A DNA stretch of 64,000 nucleotides from Terriglobia bacterium (GTDB lineage Bacteria > Acidobacteriota > Terriglobia > Terriglobales > Acidobacteriaceae). The stretch is from the NCBI GenBank assembly GCA_963706335.1, contig CAVPME010000019.1:150432-214431 (forward strand), given 5' to 3'. A program made the position numbers and the translations under genes. How positions within the stretch are numbered: position 1 is the first letter of the stretch; every line of letters begins with the position of its first letter. Shown one piece after another: positions 8,363-18,620 of the stretch. Under the pieces are notes generated by a model. It was not told where the DNA came from. It searched no databases and was given only the letters and a program-made list of their open reading frames with translations.

Positions 8363-11218
8363 TTGGACATGGGTGACTCGCCTCTCTGGAGCGCTGGCGG
8401 AAAGAACGATGACCAACGTAGCCGGCTCGTTGAACTGACTGCCAGCAGCGCTGACCCTGCCAAAGACCTTCCTCTCCGTCGCGATGTCCGCTCCCTCGGC
8501 ACACTGCTGGGTCGAGTATTGGTCGAACAGTGCGGGGAGTCCTTGCTCGGCGTGGTCGAGGAGTTACGTCGCATCTTCATTCAGCACCGCGAGACCCAAC
8601 CCCAGGGGCGTTCGCCCGTCGACACTCCGATAAATTTCAAGGACCCTTTGCTACACCAGGCGCGGAACATCATCTCGAGCCTTACGGTTGAAGAGGCTCA
8701 TCGCGTCACCAAAGCGTTCGCGATTTATTTTGAACTTACCAACCTCGCGGAGACGACCCATCGCAAGCGCCGACGCCGCGCGGCCAAACTTCATCCGGAA
8801 CAGCCGGCATTGGAAGGCTCGTTCCGAGGCACCTTGAAGCGGATGCGCGCCGCCGGATACAGCGTCGATCAGGCGATGGCGGTGCTGCGAAAAATAAAAG
8901 TTGTACCGGTTTTCACCGCGCATCCCACCGAAGTGGCGCGAAGAACCGTGCTGCTCAAGCGCCGGCGGGTTGCCAAGCAGTTGGAGCGGCTTGATCGCCT
9001 GCCTTTGACGGATGCTGACGCGAGCCGGTTCGAGTCACTGATCTTTGCCGAAGTGACTGCATTGTGGCAAACCGACGAAGTTCGTCTCCAAAAGCCGTTA
9101 GTGACCGACGAGATTCGTATGGGCCTGGACCACTATACGTTTTCGCTATTTGCGGCTTTGCCGCGCATCTTTGACGAACTGGCCGACTCGTTTCGCCAGA
9201 TTTACGATTTCAATATTGCGGATCCAGACCTGCCTCAATTGTTGTCTTTCGGCTCCTGGATCGGGGGAGACCGCGATGGCAATCCTTTCGTCACAGCAGC
9301 TTCCACACGAGAGGCATTGCAGCGGGCACGGAATACGATCATCGACCACTACATCGCGGAACTCGATCGTAGCGTGGATCAACTCAGCGCTTCTTGTCGG
9401 CAGATATCCGTTTCTGACGCAGTTCGACAAAGGGTGGCAGACTACACCACGCGGATGGGCGATGAGTCGTCGCGGCAGTCGCGAATTTCAAATGTGGAGA
9501 TTTATCGACGCCTGCTGAAGCTTATGGTCGTTCGGCTGGGGTGCTCGCGTGACCAGCTCACGGGTTCCCTGTCGTACGAATCTGCGGATGAGTTTGAAGC
9601 CGATCTGTTGCTGATTCGCGACAGCCTCGCCTCGAATCGCGGCCTGACTCTGGCCGAGTTGATCGTCGATCCTCTGCTGCGAAAGGTCCACACCTTTGGA
9701 TTCCATCTTTCGACACTCGACATTCGTCAGCATGCACGCGTGCACACGCAGGCGCTGGCGGAGCTGGACGCTGGGGATGGGGATGCGAGCGTCCCGCTCG
9801 TGCAAGGCCATCCAGAGCCGGACCAGCGTGGGCGAGACGCTCGCGTCTCCACGAAGTCGGTGTCCCCCGCGACCCAGGAGGTTCTCGACACGTTTCACGA
9901 AATCGCGAAATTGAAGAAGACATACCCTTGCTACGCAATTCGCAACTACATCATCAGCAGCGCCCGATTCGATGCCGACATACTCGCGGTGACGCGATTG
10001 GCTGCCATCAGCGATGTCAGAATTGCGGCGTCCGGAGGTGATCCTGGCCTCATGCCAGTGCCGCTGTTTGAGTCGATCGAGGCATTGCGTTCTTCGGCGG
10101 ATGTTATGCAGCGGGTTTGGCGCTCGCCGGAATATCAACCATTACTTGATTCCTGGGGACGCTGGCAAGAAGTGATGCTGGGCTATTCCGATTCCAACAA
10201 AGATGGCGGCATGCTCACCAGCATCTGGGAGCTTTACAAAGCGCATCGCGAACTCCACCGCGTGGCACGTGAATGCGATGTGAAGCTACGTCTGTTTCAC
10301 GGTCGTGGCGGTACCGTGGGACGCGGCGGAGGCCCCACCCACACGGCAATATTGGCGCAACCGGTTGGTGATTTTTCCGGCGAGATTCGTATCACCGAGC
10401 AAGGTGAAGTTCTCAACTGGAAGTATGCCGACCCCGTCCTAGCTGAATGGAATCTCGAAATCATGATTGCGTCCTGTATGGAAGCCATCACGCGTACGCG
10501 TGGACCCAAACCGGGAGCCGATCAACGATGGGCGCCCGCGATGGAACGAATGTCGGCGGATGCATTCGACTTTTATCGCCGCAACATCGCCGAAAACGCT
10601 GATATTATCGAATACTTCGAGCAGGCCACACCGGTAAACGAACTGGAACATGCTCGCATGGGTTCACGTCCTCCGAGGCGTGAGCAGGGGCGTCGCCTGG
10701 AAGATTTGCGCGCCATCCCTTGGGTATTTGGATGGATGCAAAGTCGCCATGCCGTCCCCGCCTGGTTCGGCGTGGGACATGCCCTGCAGCAGTTTGTTAA
10801 GGAGAATGTCGACAACCAATCGCTTCTCTGCGAGATGATGAAAAAGTTCCCGCTATTCTCCGACCTGATCCGCAACGTCGAACTGGCCATGTCGAAAGCC
10901 GACTTGACCATTGCTCGACTCTACGCGGAACTTGTGACCGACTCGGAGTTGCGCGAACGGGTCTGGAAAATGCTGGTAGCGGAGTTCGAACTTACGTGTC
11001 GAATGATCCTATCGATCACCGAGCAGAAAGGACTGCTCGAGGGAAATCCGGTGTTAACTCGATCCATCCGGCTGCGTAACCCTTACGTTGATCCCATGAG
11101 CCTGGTACAAGTGGAGTTGCTCCGACGTAAGCGTGCGGGGAGCAGCGTGGACGGCCTCGATTATGCACTTGGGGCGACCATTAACGGGATTGCGGCAGGG
11201 TTGCACAATACGGGGTAA
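8363..11218 (+). CDS. ppc: Phosphoenolpyruvate carboxylase
   Basis: VFTAHPTE, GYSDSNKDGG, FHGRGGTVGRGGGP, C-terminal ...GLHNTG; 951-aa uninterrupted ORF. Confidence 0.97.
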   Translation: MDMGDSPLWSAGGKNDDQRSRLVELTASSADPAKDLPLRRDVRSLGTLLGRVLVEQCGESLLGVVEELRRIFIQHRETQPQGRSPVDTPINFKDPLLHQARNIISSLTVEEAHRVTKAFAIYFELTNLAETTHRKRRRRAAKLHPEQPALEGSFRGTLKRMRAAGYSVDQAMAVLRKIKVVPVFTAHPTEVARRTVLLKRRRVAKQLERLDRLPLTDADASRFESLIFAEVTALWQTDEVRLQKPLVTDEIRMGLDHYTFSLFAALPRIFDELADSFRQIYDFNIADPDLPQLLSFGSWIGGDRDGNPFVTAASTREALQRARNTIIDHYIAELDRSVDQLSASCRQISVSDAVRQRVADYTTRMGDESSRQSRISNVEIYRRLLKLMVVRLGCSRDQLTGSLSYESADEFEADLLLIRDSLASNRGLTLAELIVDPLLRKVHTFGFHLSTLDIRQHARVHTQALAELDAGDGDASVPLVQGHPEPDQRGRDARVSTKSVSPATQEVLDTFHEIAKLKKTYPCYAIRNYIISSARFDADILAVTRLAAISDVRIAASGGDPGLMPVPLFESIEALRSSADVMQRVWRSPEYQPLLDSWGRWQEVMLGYSDSNKDGGMLTSIWELYKAHRELHRVARECDVKLRLFHGRGGTVGRGGGPTHTAILAQPVGDFSGEIRITEQGEVLNWKYADPVLAEWNLEIMIASCMEAITRTRGPKPGADQRWAPAMERMSADAFDFYRRNIAENADIIEYFEQATPVNELEHARMGSRPPRREQGRRLEDLRAIPWVFGWMQSRHAVPAWFGVGHALQQFVKENVDNQSLLCEMMKKFPLFSDLIRNVELAMSKADLTIARLYAELVTDSELRERVWKMLVAEFELTCRMILSITEQKGLLEGNPVLTRSIRLRNPYVDPMSLVQVELLRRKRAGSSVDGLDYALGATINGIAAGLHNTG

Positions 11219-11386
11219 GTTCTCGTTGCGTCGCCGTCCCGGCAGCCATGGGGGGCCGTTTCCAACCGCACCGGCGAATGAGAGAGATCGACGAGTCCCG
11301 AGCGCGATGGGACAAGAGATCCGTTACCTTTGCTCGGGATTTCGGCAGCGGCTCCCGCTTCGCTTGCGCTAGCTAGTCGCCTCAAC

Positions 11387-11415
11387 TTGCCATTCCTTCT
11401 AAATTCTGCAAAAAT
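11387..11415 (+). promoter_or_regulatory. Possible sigma70-type promoter for the rpsP operon (TTGCCA-N17-AAAAAT)
   Basis: Hexamers read by eye about 50 nt upstream of the rpsP start. The -10 element is weak. Confidence 0.2.
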
Positions 11416-11465
11416 AATGGTTTGTCCGAACCTGCCTGAGCAACTAGGAAAGGAACTTAAGCTCT

Positions 11466-11723
11466 GTGTTAATGATTCGTCTGTCGCGCACGGGTGCGCG
11501 TAAACAACCGCAGTACCGGGTAGTGGTGATTGAGAAGGAACGCGCGCGTAATGGCCGTCCGGTGGAGGTCGTAGGAACTTACAATCCTCGGACCAACCCC
11601 GCCAGCATTGAGCTTAAGCGCGAGCGCATCGATTACTGGGTATCCAAGGGAGCCCAGATGTCGGAGAGGGTCAGCAAGATCATGTCTAAGCCGGCACCGG
11701 CTGCTGCCGCATCGGTTGCCTGA
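11466..11723 (+). CDS. rpsP: 30S ribosomal protein S16 (start may be ATG 11472)
   Basis: MIRLSRTGARKQPQYRVVV...GTYNP. Confidence 0.95.
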   Translation: MLMIRLSRTGARKQPQYRVVVIEKERARNGRPVEVVGTYNPRTNPASIELKRERIDYWVSKGAQMSERVSKIMSKPAPAAAASVA

Positions 11724-11787
11724 TTTTTTTGTTCGCTCCACGGTAATCTCATCCCACTTCGCAGAAGTCCGATAGCTGAGGACTCGC

Positions 11788-12054
11788 TTGATTGAAGAAA
11801 ATAAAAGCGCACCAACCGGGGATATGCGGGCATTGATCGAGCAGATTGCGAAGGCTCTGGTCGATGACCCGGCGCACGTCTCGGTTAATCCGGTGGAAGA
11901 AGCTGGCGAGACCGTGCTTGAACTTTCGGTTGGACCGAATGATCTAGGCCGGGTGATCGGGAAGCAAGGACGCACCGCCCGAGCCATGCGTAATGTGCTT
12001 GCTGCCGCAGGCTTAAAGTTTAACAGGCGGTTCACGCTGGAGATTCTGGAATAG
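11788..12054 (+). CDS. KH-domain RNA-binding protein (YlqC/UPF0109 family)
   Basis: LGRVIGKQGRTARAMRNVL (GXXG KH motif). Sits in the conserved position between rpsP and rimM. Confidence 0.85.
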   Translation: MIEENKSAPTGDMRALIEQIAKALVDDPAHVSVNPVEEAGETVLELSVGPNDLGRVIGKQGRTARAMRNVLAAAGLKFNRRFTLEILE

Positions 12055-12056
12055 CG

Positions 12057-12620
12057 GATCAGTTCATCACGCTGGCGCGCGTCCTGAAAACTCAGGGACG
12101 GCAGGGCGAAGTAGCAACCGAGGCGCATACCCATATTCCTGACCGTTTTCACCAAGGCATGCGACTTTGGGCACTTGCTGAGAATGGATCGCGGCGGGAA
12201 TTAGAAGTGGAAGGATTTTGGCCGCACAAGAGCTTTCTGGTTCTGAAATTTGCCGGCATCGAGTCGATTTCAGACGCCGAAACTCTTGTCCGTTGTGAGC
12301 TTCAGGTTCCAGAGGAACAACGAGCGCAGCTCGAAGCAGGCTGGGCTTACATAAGTGACCTGATTGGATGTGAAGTGTTCGACGGGGATTGCCAGGTTGG
12401 AGTGGTTCGCGACGTTCAGTTTGGCGCTGGTGAAGCGCCTCTGCTGCTGGTGAGGTCAGGAGCGAGAGAGTACGAGATTCCCTACGCGGAAGCGTACCTC
12501 AGCGGCACGGATCTTAAGAACAAGAAGATTCGTATGACTCTGCCGGAAGGCATGCTGGAACTGAATGCGCCACTGACTGCGGAAGAAAAGGAGCAGCAAA
12601 GGCCTAACCGGGATTCGTAG
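12057..12620 (+). CDS. rimM: 16S rRNA processing protein RimM. The conserved N-terminus lies upstream of the first ATG (12159) and has no canonical start codon.
   Basis: The in-frame region 12057..12158 encodes DQFITLARVLKTQGRQGEVATEAH, the RimM N-terminal beta-barrel signature. The frame is open from 12024. Sits in the conserved position before trmD. Confidence 0.85.
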   Translation, partial: DQFITLARVLKTQGRQGEVATEAHTHIPDRFHQGMRLWALAENGSRRELEVEGFWPHKSFLVLKFAGIESISDAETLVRCELQVPEEQRAQLEAGWAYISDLIGCEVFDGDCQVGVVRDVQFGAGEAPLLLVRSGAREYEIPYAEAYLSGTDLKNKKIRMTLPEGMLELNAPLTAEEKEQQRPNRDS

Positions 12621-12766
12621 TTGAAAGATGGTTGTCGTGATTGAAGATTGTCATCATTAAAGAAATGTTGATTTAGAGAAATGTCATCCTGAGCGTGGAA
12701 GTCAAAGGATCTCAATACCGCGCGTTATTCAGGTGAGAGAAGCACAAAGTAATCCACGGATCCGCG

Positions 12767-13576
12767 ATGAAGATCGACATCTTGACGATCTTTCCTGATT
12801 TTTTTCGCGGACCACTGGATTACGGCATAGTCCGTAAGGCTCGGGAAGCCGGCCTGGCGGAAATCGAAGTCCACGACCTGCGGGCCTTTGCGCACGATCG
12901 CCATCGCACTGTGGATGACCGCCCATTCGGCGGCGGCGAAGGCATGGTCCTAAAGCCGGAACCGATCTTTGAATCTATTGAGGCGCTGGATGTCCAAAAC
13001 AGGGACAAGCGCCTGAGCGGAAGCGTTAAGCAGAGTGTTGTACTACTGTCTGCACAAGGCAGCCGCTTCAACCAGGCTCTAGCATCAGAACTCGCAGATT
13101 TGGAACAGATAGTTCTTATCTGCGGCCGCTACGAAGGAGTGGATGAGCGTGTCGGACAATACTTGGCAGACCGCGAGCTCTCCGTCGGAGATTACGTACT
13201 CAGCGGCGGCGAGCTAGCGGCGGCAATTATTGTGGATGCGGTCACGCGCCTAATCCCAGGAGCTCTGGGCAACGAAGCTTCAACGCGGCAAGAATCGTTT
13301 ACCGCAAAAAAAGAACTGGCTTCCGGAGATGCTCCGGATTCCACATGTGCATCGGGAGGATTGCTCGATTATCCGCACTACACCAGGCCAGCAGAGTTTC
13401 GAGGCTGGGAAGTTCCAGATGTGCTGATATCGGGCAATCATGAAGAAATACGTCGTTGGCGACGGCGCACTGCCCTCGAAAAAACAATGCGTAACCGTCC
13501 CGATCTCCTGGACGGTGGTGGCCTGAGCGACGAAGATCGAAAAATGCTGGCGAAACTGGCCAGGGGAAAATCTTAG
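12767..13576 (+). CDS. trmD: tRNA (guanine37-N1)-methyltransferase TrmD
   Basis: [13 protein letters not shown]...[17 protein letters not shown]...[11 protein letters not shown]...[14 protein letters not shown]. Confidence 0.96.
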   Translation: MKIDILTIFPDFFRGPLDYGIVRKAREAGLAEIEVHDLRAFAHDRHRTVDDRPFGGGEGMVLKPEPIFESIEALDVQNRDKRLSGSVKQSVVLLSAQGSRFNQALASELADLEQIVLICGRYEGVDERVGQYLADRELSVGDYVLSGGELAAAIIVDAVTRLIPGALGNEASTRQESFTAKKELASGDAPDSTCASGGLLDYPHYTRPAEFRGWEVPDVLISGNHEEIRRWRRRTALEKTMRNRPDLLDGGGLSDEDRKMLAKLARGKS

Positions 13577-13608
13577 AGTGACAAGAATTCGAAATAAGGG
13601 AGCAAGCA

Positions 13609-13989
13609 ATGACGAACCTGATCATCGAAAAGTTGCTGGCTAAGGCCAAGCGCACCGACATTCCAGAATTCGCCCCAGGCGACAGCGTGCGAGTCCACGT
13701 AAAGATCAAAGAAGGTGACAAGGAACGTCTGCAGGCATTTGAAGGCGTCGTGATTTCACGCAGCCGCGGGCCTCAAGCGAGTTTCACCGTACGCAAGATC
13801 AGTTTTGGTCACGGCGTTGAGCGTATTTTTCCACTGCATTCCAAGGTAATCGACAAAGTAGACCTGTTGCGCTCATCCAAAGTCCGACGTGCCAAGCTCT
13901 ACTATCTGCGCGGACTTAAGGGTAAGGCGGCACGTCTGAAGGATGTAGACCGCGACCACGCGGTTGCCGGAGCCGCAGCGACGAAGTAA
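13609..13989 (+). CDS. rplS: 50S ribosomal protein L19
   Basis: [32 protein letters not shown]...[20 protein letters not shown]. Confidence 0.96.
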   Translation: MTNLIIEKLLAKAKRTDIPEFAPGDSVRVHVKIKEGDKERLQAFEGVVISRSRGPQASFTVRKISFGHGVERIFPLHSKVIDKVDLLRSSKVRRAKLYYLRGLKGKAARLKDVDRDHAVAGAAATK

Positions 13990-14007
13990 TCACCCCCGGT
14001 GCCAAGA

Positions 14008-14793
14008 TTACTGTTGGACTTCAAACTGCAAGGTTTCTTCCAGGTGTTTTTCGGCCAATTTGCGGATGAGGAATTGCAGTATCTGACGTTCGCCTTTGCG
14101 GATTTCACGGAATTCGATTCCCAGTTCGCCTTGCGGATCTCCATGGCGAACCAGGCCTTTTAGCGCGATCTCATAATCATTGATACTAGTCACTAACTTC
14201 AGCTCAGTTCCCGGAAGCACCAATTGCCTGGTCGTAACCAGGCAGCCGATTTCGGACATGTTCTTCAAAACACCTTTCGAGTGCACACCCTTGGCGCCTT
14301 CTTTGATCAAGTCCACTGCTGCCTCTAACGCATAGCGCTCACGACGGCGACGGCGCTCATGAGATGCGAACGTACCCGGCTTCTTAAGATTCCCATCGAT
14401 CAGAATCGGATCATACACTTCTTCCATGTCGCGGAGTTCTGTCTCCCACATCGTACGGTCCGACTCCACTGACTGGATTCCGATCTGGCCGTGCAATTCC
14501 GAATTGGGTTCGCCCACCCAGACTACCCTGCAGAATGCCTTGTTGCGGCCGCGTTCGATCGCGAGGATATCTCCGACCGACGTCTGGCAACGCAGCCCCG
14601 TGACGCGCGCTCCCCGCGCGGAGATGTCGTATGTGCAAGCCATTTCCAGAATCGACTTGCTCTCGCTGTCAAAACAGGTAACGCGAATGGGCAACGCAAC
14701 GTGAATGCGTTTGGCGTGCCGTTCTGGTGATGAATTGGAAATTTCCTCGGTCAAGGTGATCCCGCGCACACTCCTTCTGAACGAACCTAACAA
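14008..14793 (-). CDS. Tandem PilZ-domain protein (two c-di-GMP-binding PilZ modules)
   Basis: Module 1 has RHAKR plus DISARG. Module 2 has RRRRER plus NMSEIG. These are the RxxxR and D/NxSxxG motifs. Confidence 0.8.
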   Translation of the reverse strand: MLGSFRRSVRGITLTEEISNSSPERHAKRIHVALPIRVTCFDSESKSILEMACTYDISARGARVTGLRCQTSVGDILAIERGRNKAFCRVVWVGEPNSELHGQIGIQSVESDRTMWETELRDMEEVYDPILIDGNLKKPGTFASHERRRRRERYALEAAVDLIKEGAKGVHSKGVLKNMSEIGCLVTTRQLVLPGTELKLVTSINDYEIALKGLVRHGDPQGELGIEFREIRKGERQILQFLIRKLAEKHLEETLQFEVQQ

Positions 14794-14922
14794 GCGGGTT
14801 GGCGGACGGTCAATTTACGGCGGTAATCCCGCGCTGATTACCTTGGAAGGAGTTAGAAGAATGGGAGTTCCAAGCGGCCAGTTATTTTTCCACATTGCGC
14901 CACAGCGCTGCGATGAGTCAAG

Positions 14923-15738
14923 ATGGCTAGAGTTATCGAGCGAAACGGTTTCCGATCAGCGTCCGTGCCAGCAAAATCCAAGTCCGCGGCCAACAACCAG
15001 CCAATCTCTGCCTCTGCCGCGAAACTGCGGCTCCTGAAGAGGTTACGCTGTACGCTCAGATTCGAAAAGAAGGTTTGGCAACTGGGAGCAAAGCTAGTGG
15101 CGGGCGTGGACGAAGTGGGGCGCGGTTCTCTCTTCGGCCCGGTCGTGGCAGCAGCGGTTATATTGGATCGCGGATATCGCATCCGCGGACTCCGGGATTC
15201 CAAACTATTGCCCGCAGATCGCCGCAAAATTTTGGCCGAACGAATTCGTGAACATGCTGTCGCTTGGTCCGTTGCGGCAGTGGACGCAGCGCGCATCGAT
15301 CAGATCAACATCTATCAGGCCTCGCGCCTGGCCATGCGTGAAGCGGTATCGTGTCTGAATCCCTGCGCTGATCATTTGCTCGTCGATGCCTTGCAACTGG
15401 ACTGCGAAGTTCCCCAGCAACCGATTATTCACGGCGATGCCCTTTCAGCGTCAATCGCCGCCGCGTCGATCATCGCCAAAGTCGAACGCGATCGAATAAT
15501 TGTGGAATGGGACCCTGTCTTTCCGGCCTACGGACTTGCCTCGAACAAGGGCTACAGCACTCCCCGGCATCTGGCAGCCCTGCGCGAACACGGCCCCTCT
15601 CCCCTTCACCGCCAGTCTTTCGCACCGGTGTGGAATGCTCCGGTGCCGCAAGAGGTATTGGAGTTCATGCTGCAAGAGGAGGAAGAAGTCGAGAACCTGG
15701 AGTCCAGCCAAATCGCGAGATCCAGATCGAGAGACCAG
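14923..15738 (+). CDS. rnhB: Ribonuclease HII. The ORF has no stop and continues in frame into the next domain, up to 16107.
   Basis: VAGVDEVGRGSLFGPVVAAAV...DSKLL...IIAKVERDR...GLASNKGYSTPRHLAALREHGPSPLHRQSFAPV. Confidence 0.9.
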
Positions 15739-16567
15739 ATGGCCGCCCCCACACGATACAATCCTGACATGTTGCGCATGATGGTTGTGACGGCCCATCC
15801 CGACGATGAAGCCGGCAGCTTCGGCGGTTCGTTATGCCTTTACCGAGAACGGGGCGTCGAGACCTGCGTCATCTGCCTCACACCCGGACAGGCCGCGAGC
15901 TATCGTGGAGAGCGCAAAGAACGACCGGATTTGGCCGGCCTGCGCCGCAGGGAGTTCGCCGCTGCCTGCGATTTACTGAGGGTGTTCCCGCGGAATTGTT
16001 CTGGACTATCCGGATGGACAGCTCCATCGTCTGGAGATGCAGCGGGTGGTGTCCGATCTCGTCCAGCGAATTCGGGAATTTCGGCCGCAAGTCTTGCTTA
16101 CGTTTGATCCAGCGGGCGGAGTGACCGCTCACACCGACCACTCAATGGCATCGATTTTTGCCACACTGGCTTTTCATTGGGCCGGACGTACCAACCGGTT
16201 CCCCGATCAATTGTCCGGCATCATCACTCCCTGGACCAAGTACAGAAAGCTGTACTTCGCCACCGCGGATTTCACTCTTCCGGGGAGGCAACCAGTGACG
16301 CTCGCGCCCGCGACCACAGTCATCGAAGTTGGCGATTATCTGGAAACAAAGATCGATGCGTTTCGCGCCCACATCAGCCAGCAACCGCTGTGGCCTATGT
16401 TCGAGGAGTATTCGCGAAAGCGGGGCGTCGCGAGAATTGTTTCACCTGGTCGCGGCGGTGAACACGATAGTTGCCTGCAGGAGAAAGACTTGTTCGCGGC
16501 GTTAAAGACGAAAACCCTAGTGGGTTTCGGCGCGAACTTATCGGCCTTTCTTGCGCCTTGCGGTTAA
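15739..16567 (+). pseudogene. PIG-L/LmbE-family N-acetylglucosaminyl deacetylase, frameshifted at about 15978-16003 and in frame with upstream rnhB
   Basis: MMVVTAHPDDEAGSFGG (frame of ORF 14923), then LDYPDGQLHRLEMQRVVSDLVQRIREFRPQVLLTFDPAGGVTAHTDH (ORF 16037..16567). Confidence 0.8.
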
Positions 16568-16585
16568 AAGATTTGCGGACAGCGG

Positions 16586-18460
16586 TTAAACACTTTCGGG
16601 CTTGATGATGTCGCTCAGGACATCGGCTTTGCTTTCATCCCGCACCAGGTGCGGATACTTTCTCTCCACCGTGGTAGTCCAGCTTGAACGTCTTGTAAGT
16701 AGTCCGTGTTCTCAACCAGTAGTTCCAAGGGAGAAGAACTGTTCTTGCCTTCGCGCAGAGCATCACGCAAGATTTCGGGCGAGAACTTTCTGCCATTGAC
16801 CGCGACCATCATCATCCCGGGCCAATTCCCGCCAAAGCTGCCGGCATCCCCTCGACGGTGTCGGTGATGGATCCATCTTCCCTGAGCCACAGACCGATCG
16901 AGTAAGCAGCGTTCACTGTATTTCTGTCGTCTTCACGGGCCCGCACTTGTTCGGAGCGGTTGTCGTCGTAGACCAGCTTCCAGCCGCTTCCTTCGATTCC
17001 GCCCAAAGGCGCGCCCGGCCCGTGATTCCCGAGACGCTCGGTCCAGAACACCGCGCCAGTCGTACGGCGCAACCTGGTTCAGCGCACTGACGATGTCTTC
17101 GAAACGTGTAGGTCTTCACCTGCGGAGGTCCGCTGGGCGCTCCGTGGAACATCTGGCAGAAATCATCCAACGTTTTCTGACCGTGGGTCTGTGCGCGAAT
17201 AATCGTATCGGCCCACAGCCAGTTCAGTTCATCCTCTTCGTAGTAATCCAGCGGACGGCGCCACGACTCCCATTGATGCGGCGCGTCTTGCATCGACGGA
17301 ACACCATCGGCCGTATCCTGCAAGTTGCGCCAGGCGCGTCCGGACCGATGATCAAGGTCAGCGGCAGTGTAGGCCAGTGCGTCGCGAAACTGTTCGGGCG
17401 TACGTTCCCCGTCGCGGCCCGTGAGAATCTCGCCCAGATAGGTCGTCAGGCCCTCGTAAACCCAGAGCAGATCGGTCTGCATTGGTTTTTCGTAATCAGG
17501 CGTAGCGAGATCGGCAGGACGCCGAAACTTTCCGTTCCACGAGTGCACATACTCGTGGGACAAAAGGCCGGAGCTCACCAGGCGCTGCTGATAATCGATC
17601 AGGGCGCGCTCGGTGGTGCGGCTGTCGTTCGATTCATGATGCTCCAGCCCGAAATGCGCCACGTGATCGCTCAAACTATAGAGAAAGTGATAGTCGCGAT
17701 AGTGTTGCGCTCCAAATAGCGCACTCGCCTGGGTGACAAGGTTTTTATAGTGTTCCCAGACGTCAGGCGTGGGCTCCAGGGCGGCGGCACTGTCAGATGC
17801 AACGTCCAGTCTCCACGGGAGGAGTCTGCCCCGGATTCAGGGGAACCACCTTCAGGTACTGGCCGGTGATGACAGGTCCATCGACCAGAAGGGTAAGAGA
17901 GATGGGAGCAAATTTGATCTCGTCACCTGATTGCGATGCGACCGGCAGCGAAGTTCCGAATTTCCATCCGGTAGGCAATCGTAGGCTCGCATCGTAGGTT
18001 AATTCGTCCGAGGTCCAGCCCGTCGGATACAGCACCACTGTATTCCAACTCAAACCGCCATCTTCTCGGTGGCAGTGGCTCCGCCGGTGTAAACTCCTTC
18101 CGCACCCGCGGGAGATATGAAATCCAGAGAGACTTCAATGCTGGAAACACCGGCGGGAACGTCGACGTGAAAGGTCCAACCATCCAGAGGTCGCGACGCC
18201 AGGTGAGCGTTTTTCCGTTGCCGACGAACTTCAGACCGGCGAGATCCTGGACCGGTCCCGTCGGGCCGTGTTCACCGGGAATCCACTTTGGGTAGTAGAG
18301 AGTCAGACTGCCGGGTTTAGCGGGAATTGTCAGTCGTGCATGAAAGATCTTACGCGGCGCTTCAGTAGCGTCGACGAAAACACTGATGTGAGGGGCCGGG
18401 GCAGTTGCGCCAAACAACTGCGGGAAAAACGATGCGGTAAAGAAAAATGTAGCGAAACAT
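16586..18460 (-). pseudogene. M61 glycyl-aminopeptidase-like metallopeptidase with C-terminal PDZ domain, broken by about 9 frameshifts
   Basis: Fragments at 17923..18417, 17793..18053, 16913..17674 (HEYVHSWNG HExxH motif), 16812..17072 and 16615..16890, plus short bridging segments. They join into one colinear protein (signal peptide MFRYIFLY... to ...DVLSDIIKPESV-stop) only by switching frames. Confidence 0.85.
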
Positions 18461-18620
18461 TCGACCGGCAGATGCGATCACGTACGGGCTCCTTTGCAAC
18501 CGCTCTTGTGAGTTACGACCCACGACTATAGCAGTCAATTGTGATCACGGTCACTTTCTTAACCGGTCGAAGGCAGCTCACCCATGTGCTAAACGGGCTG
18601 TGCTGATTTATCATTTGCGC

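Noticed and set aside
12683-12713. GTCATCCTGAGCGTGGAAGTCAAAGGATCTC in the rimM-trmD spacer. It resembles, from memory, a short intergenic repeat common in soil bacteria.
   Set aside because: There is a single copy in this window and I cannot verify the family without a search. Not enough to call a repeat element.
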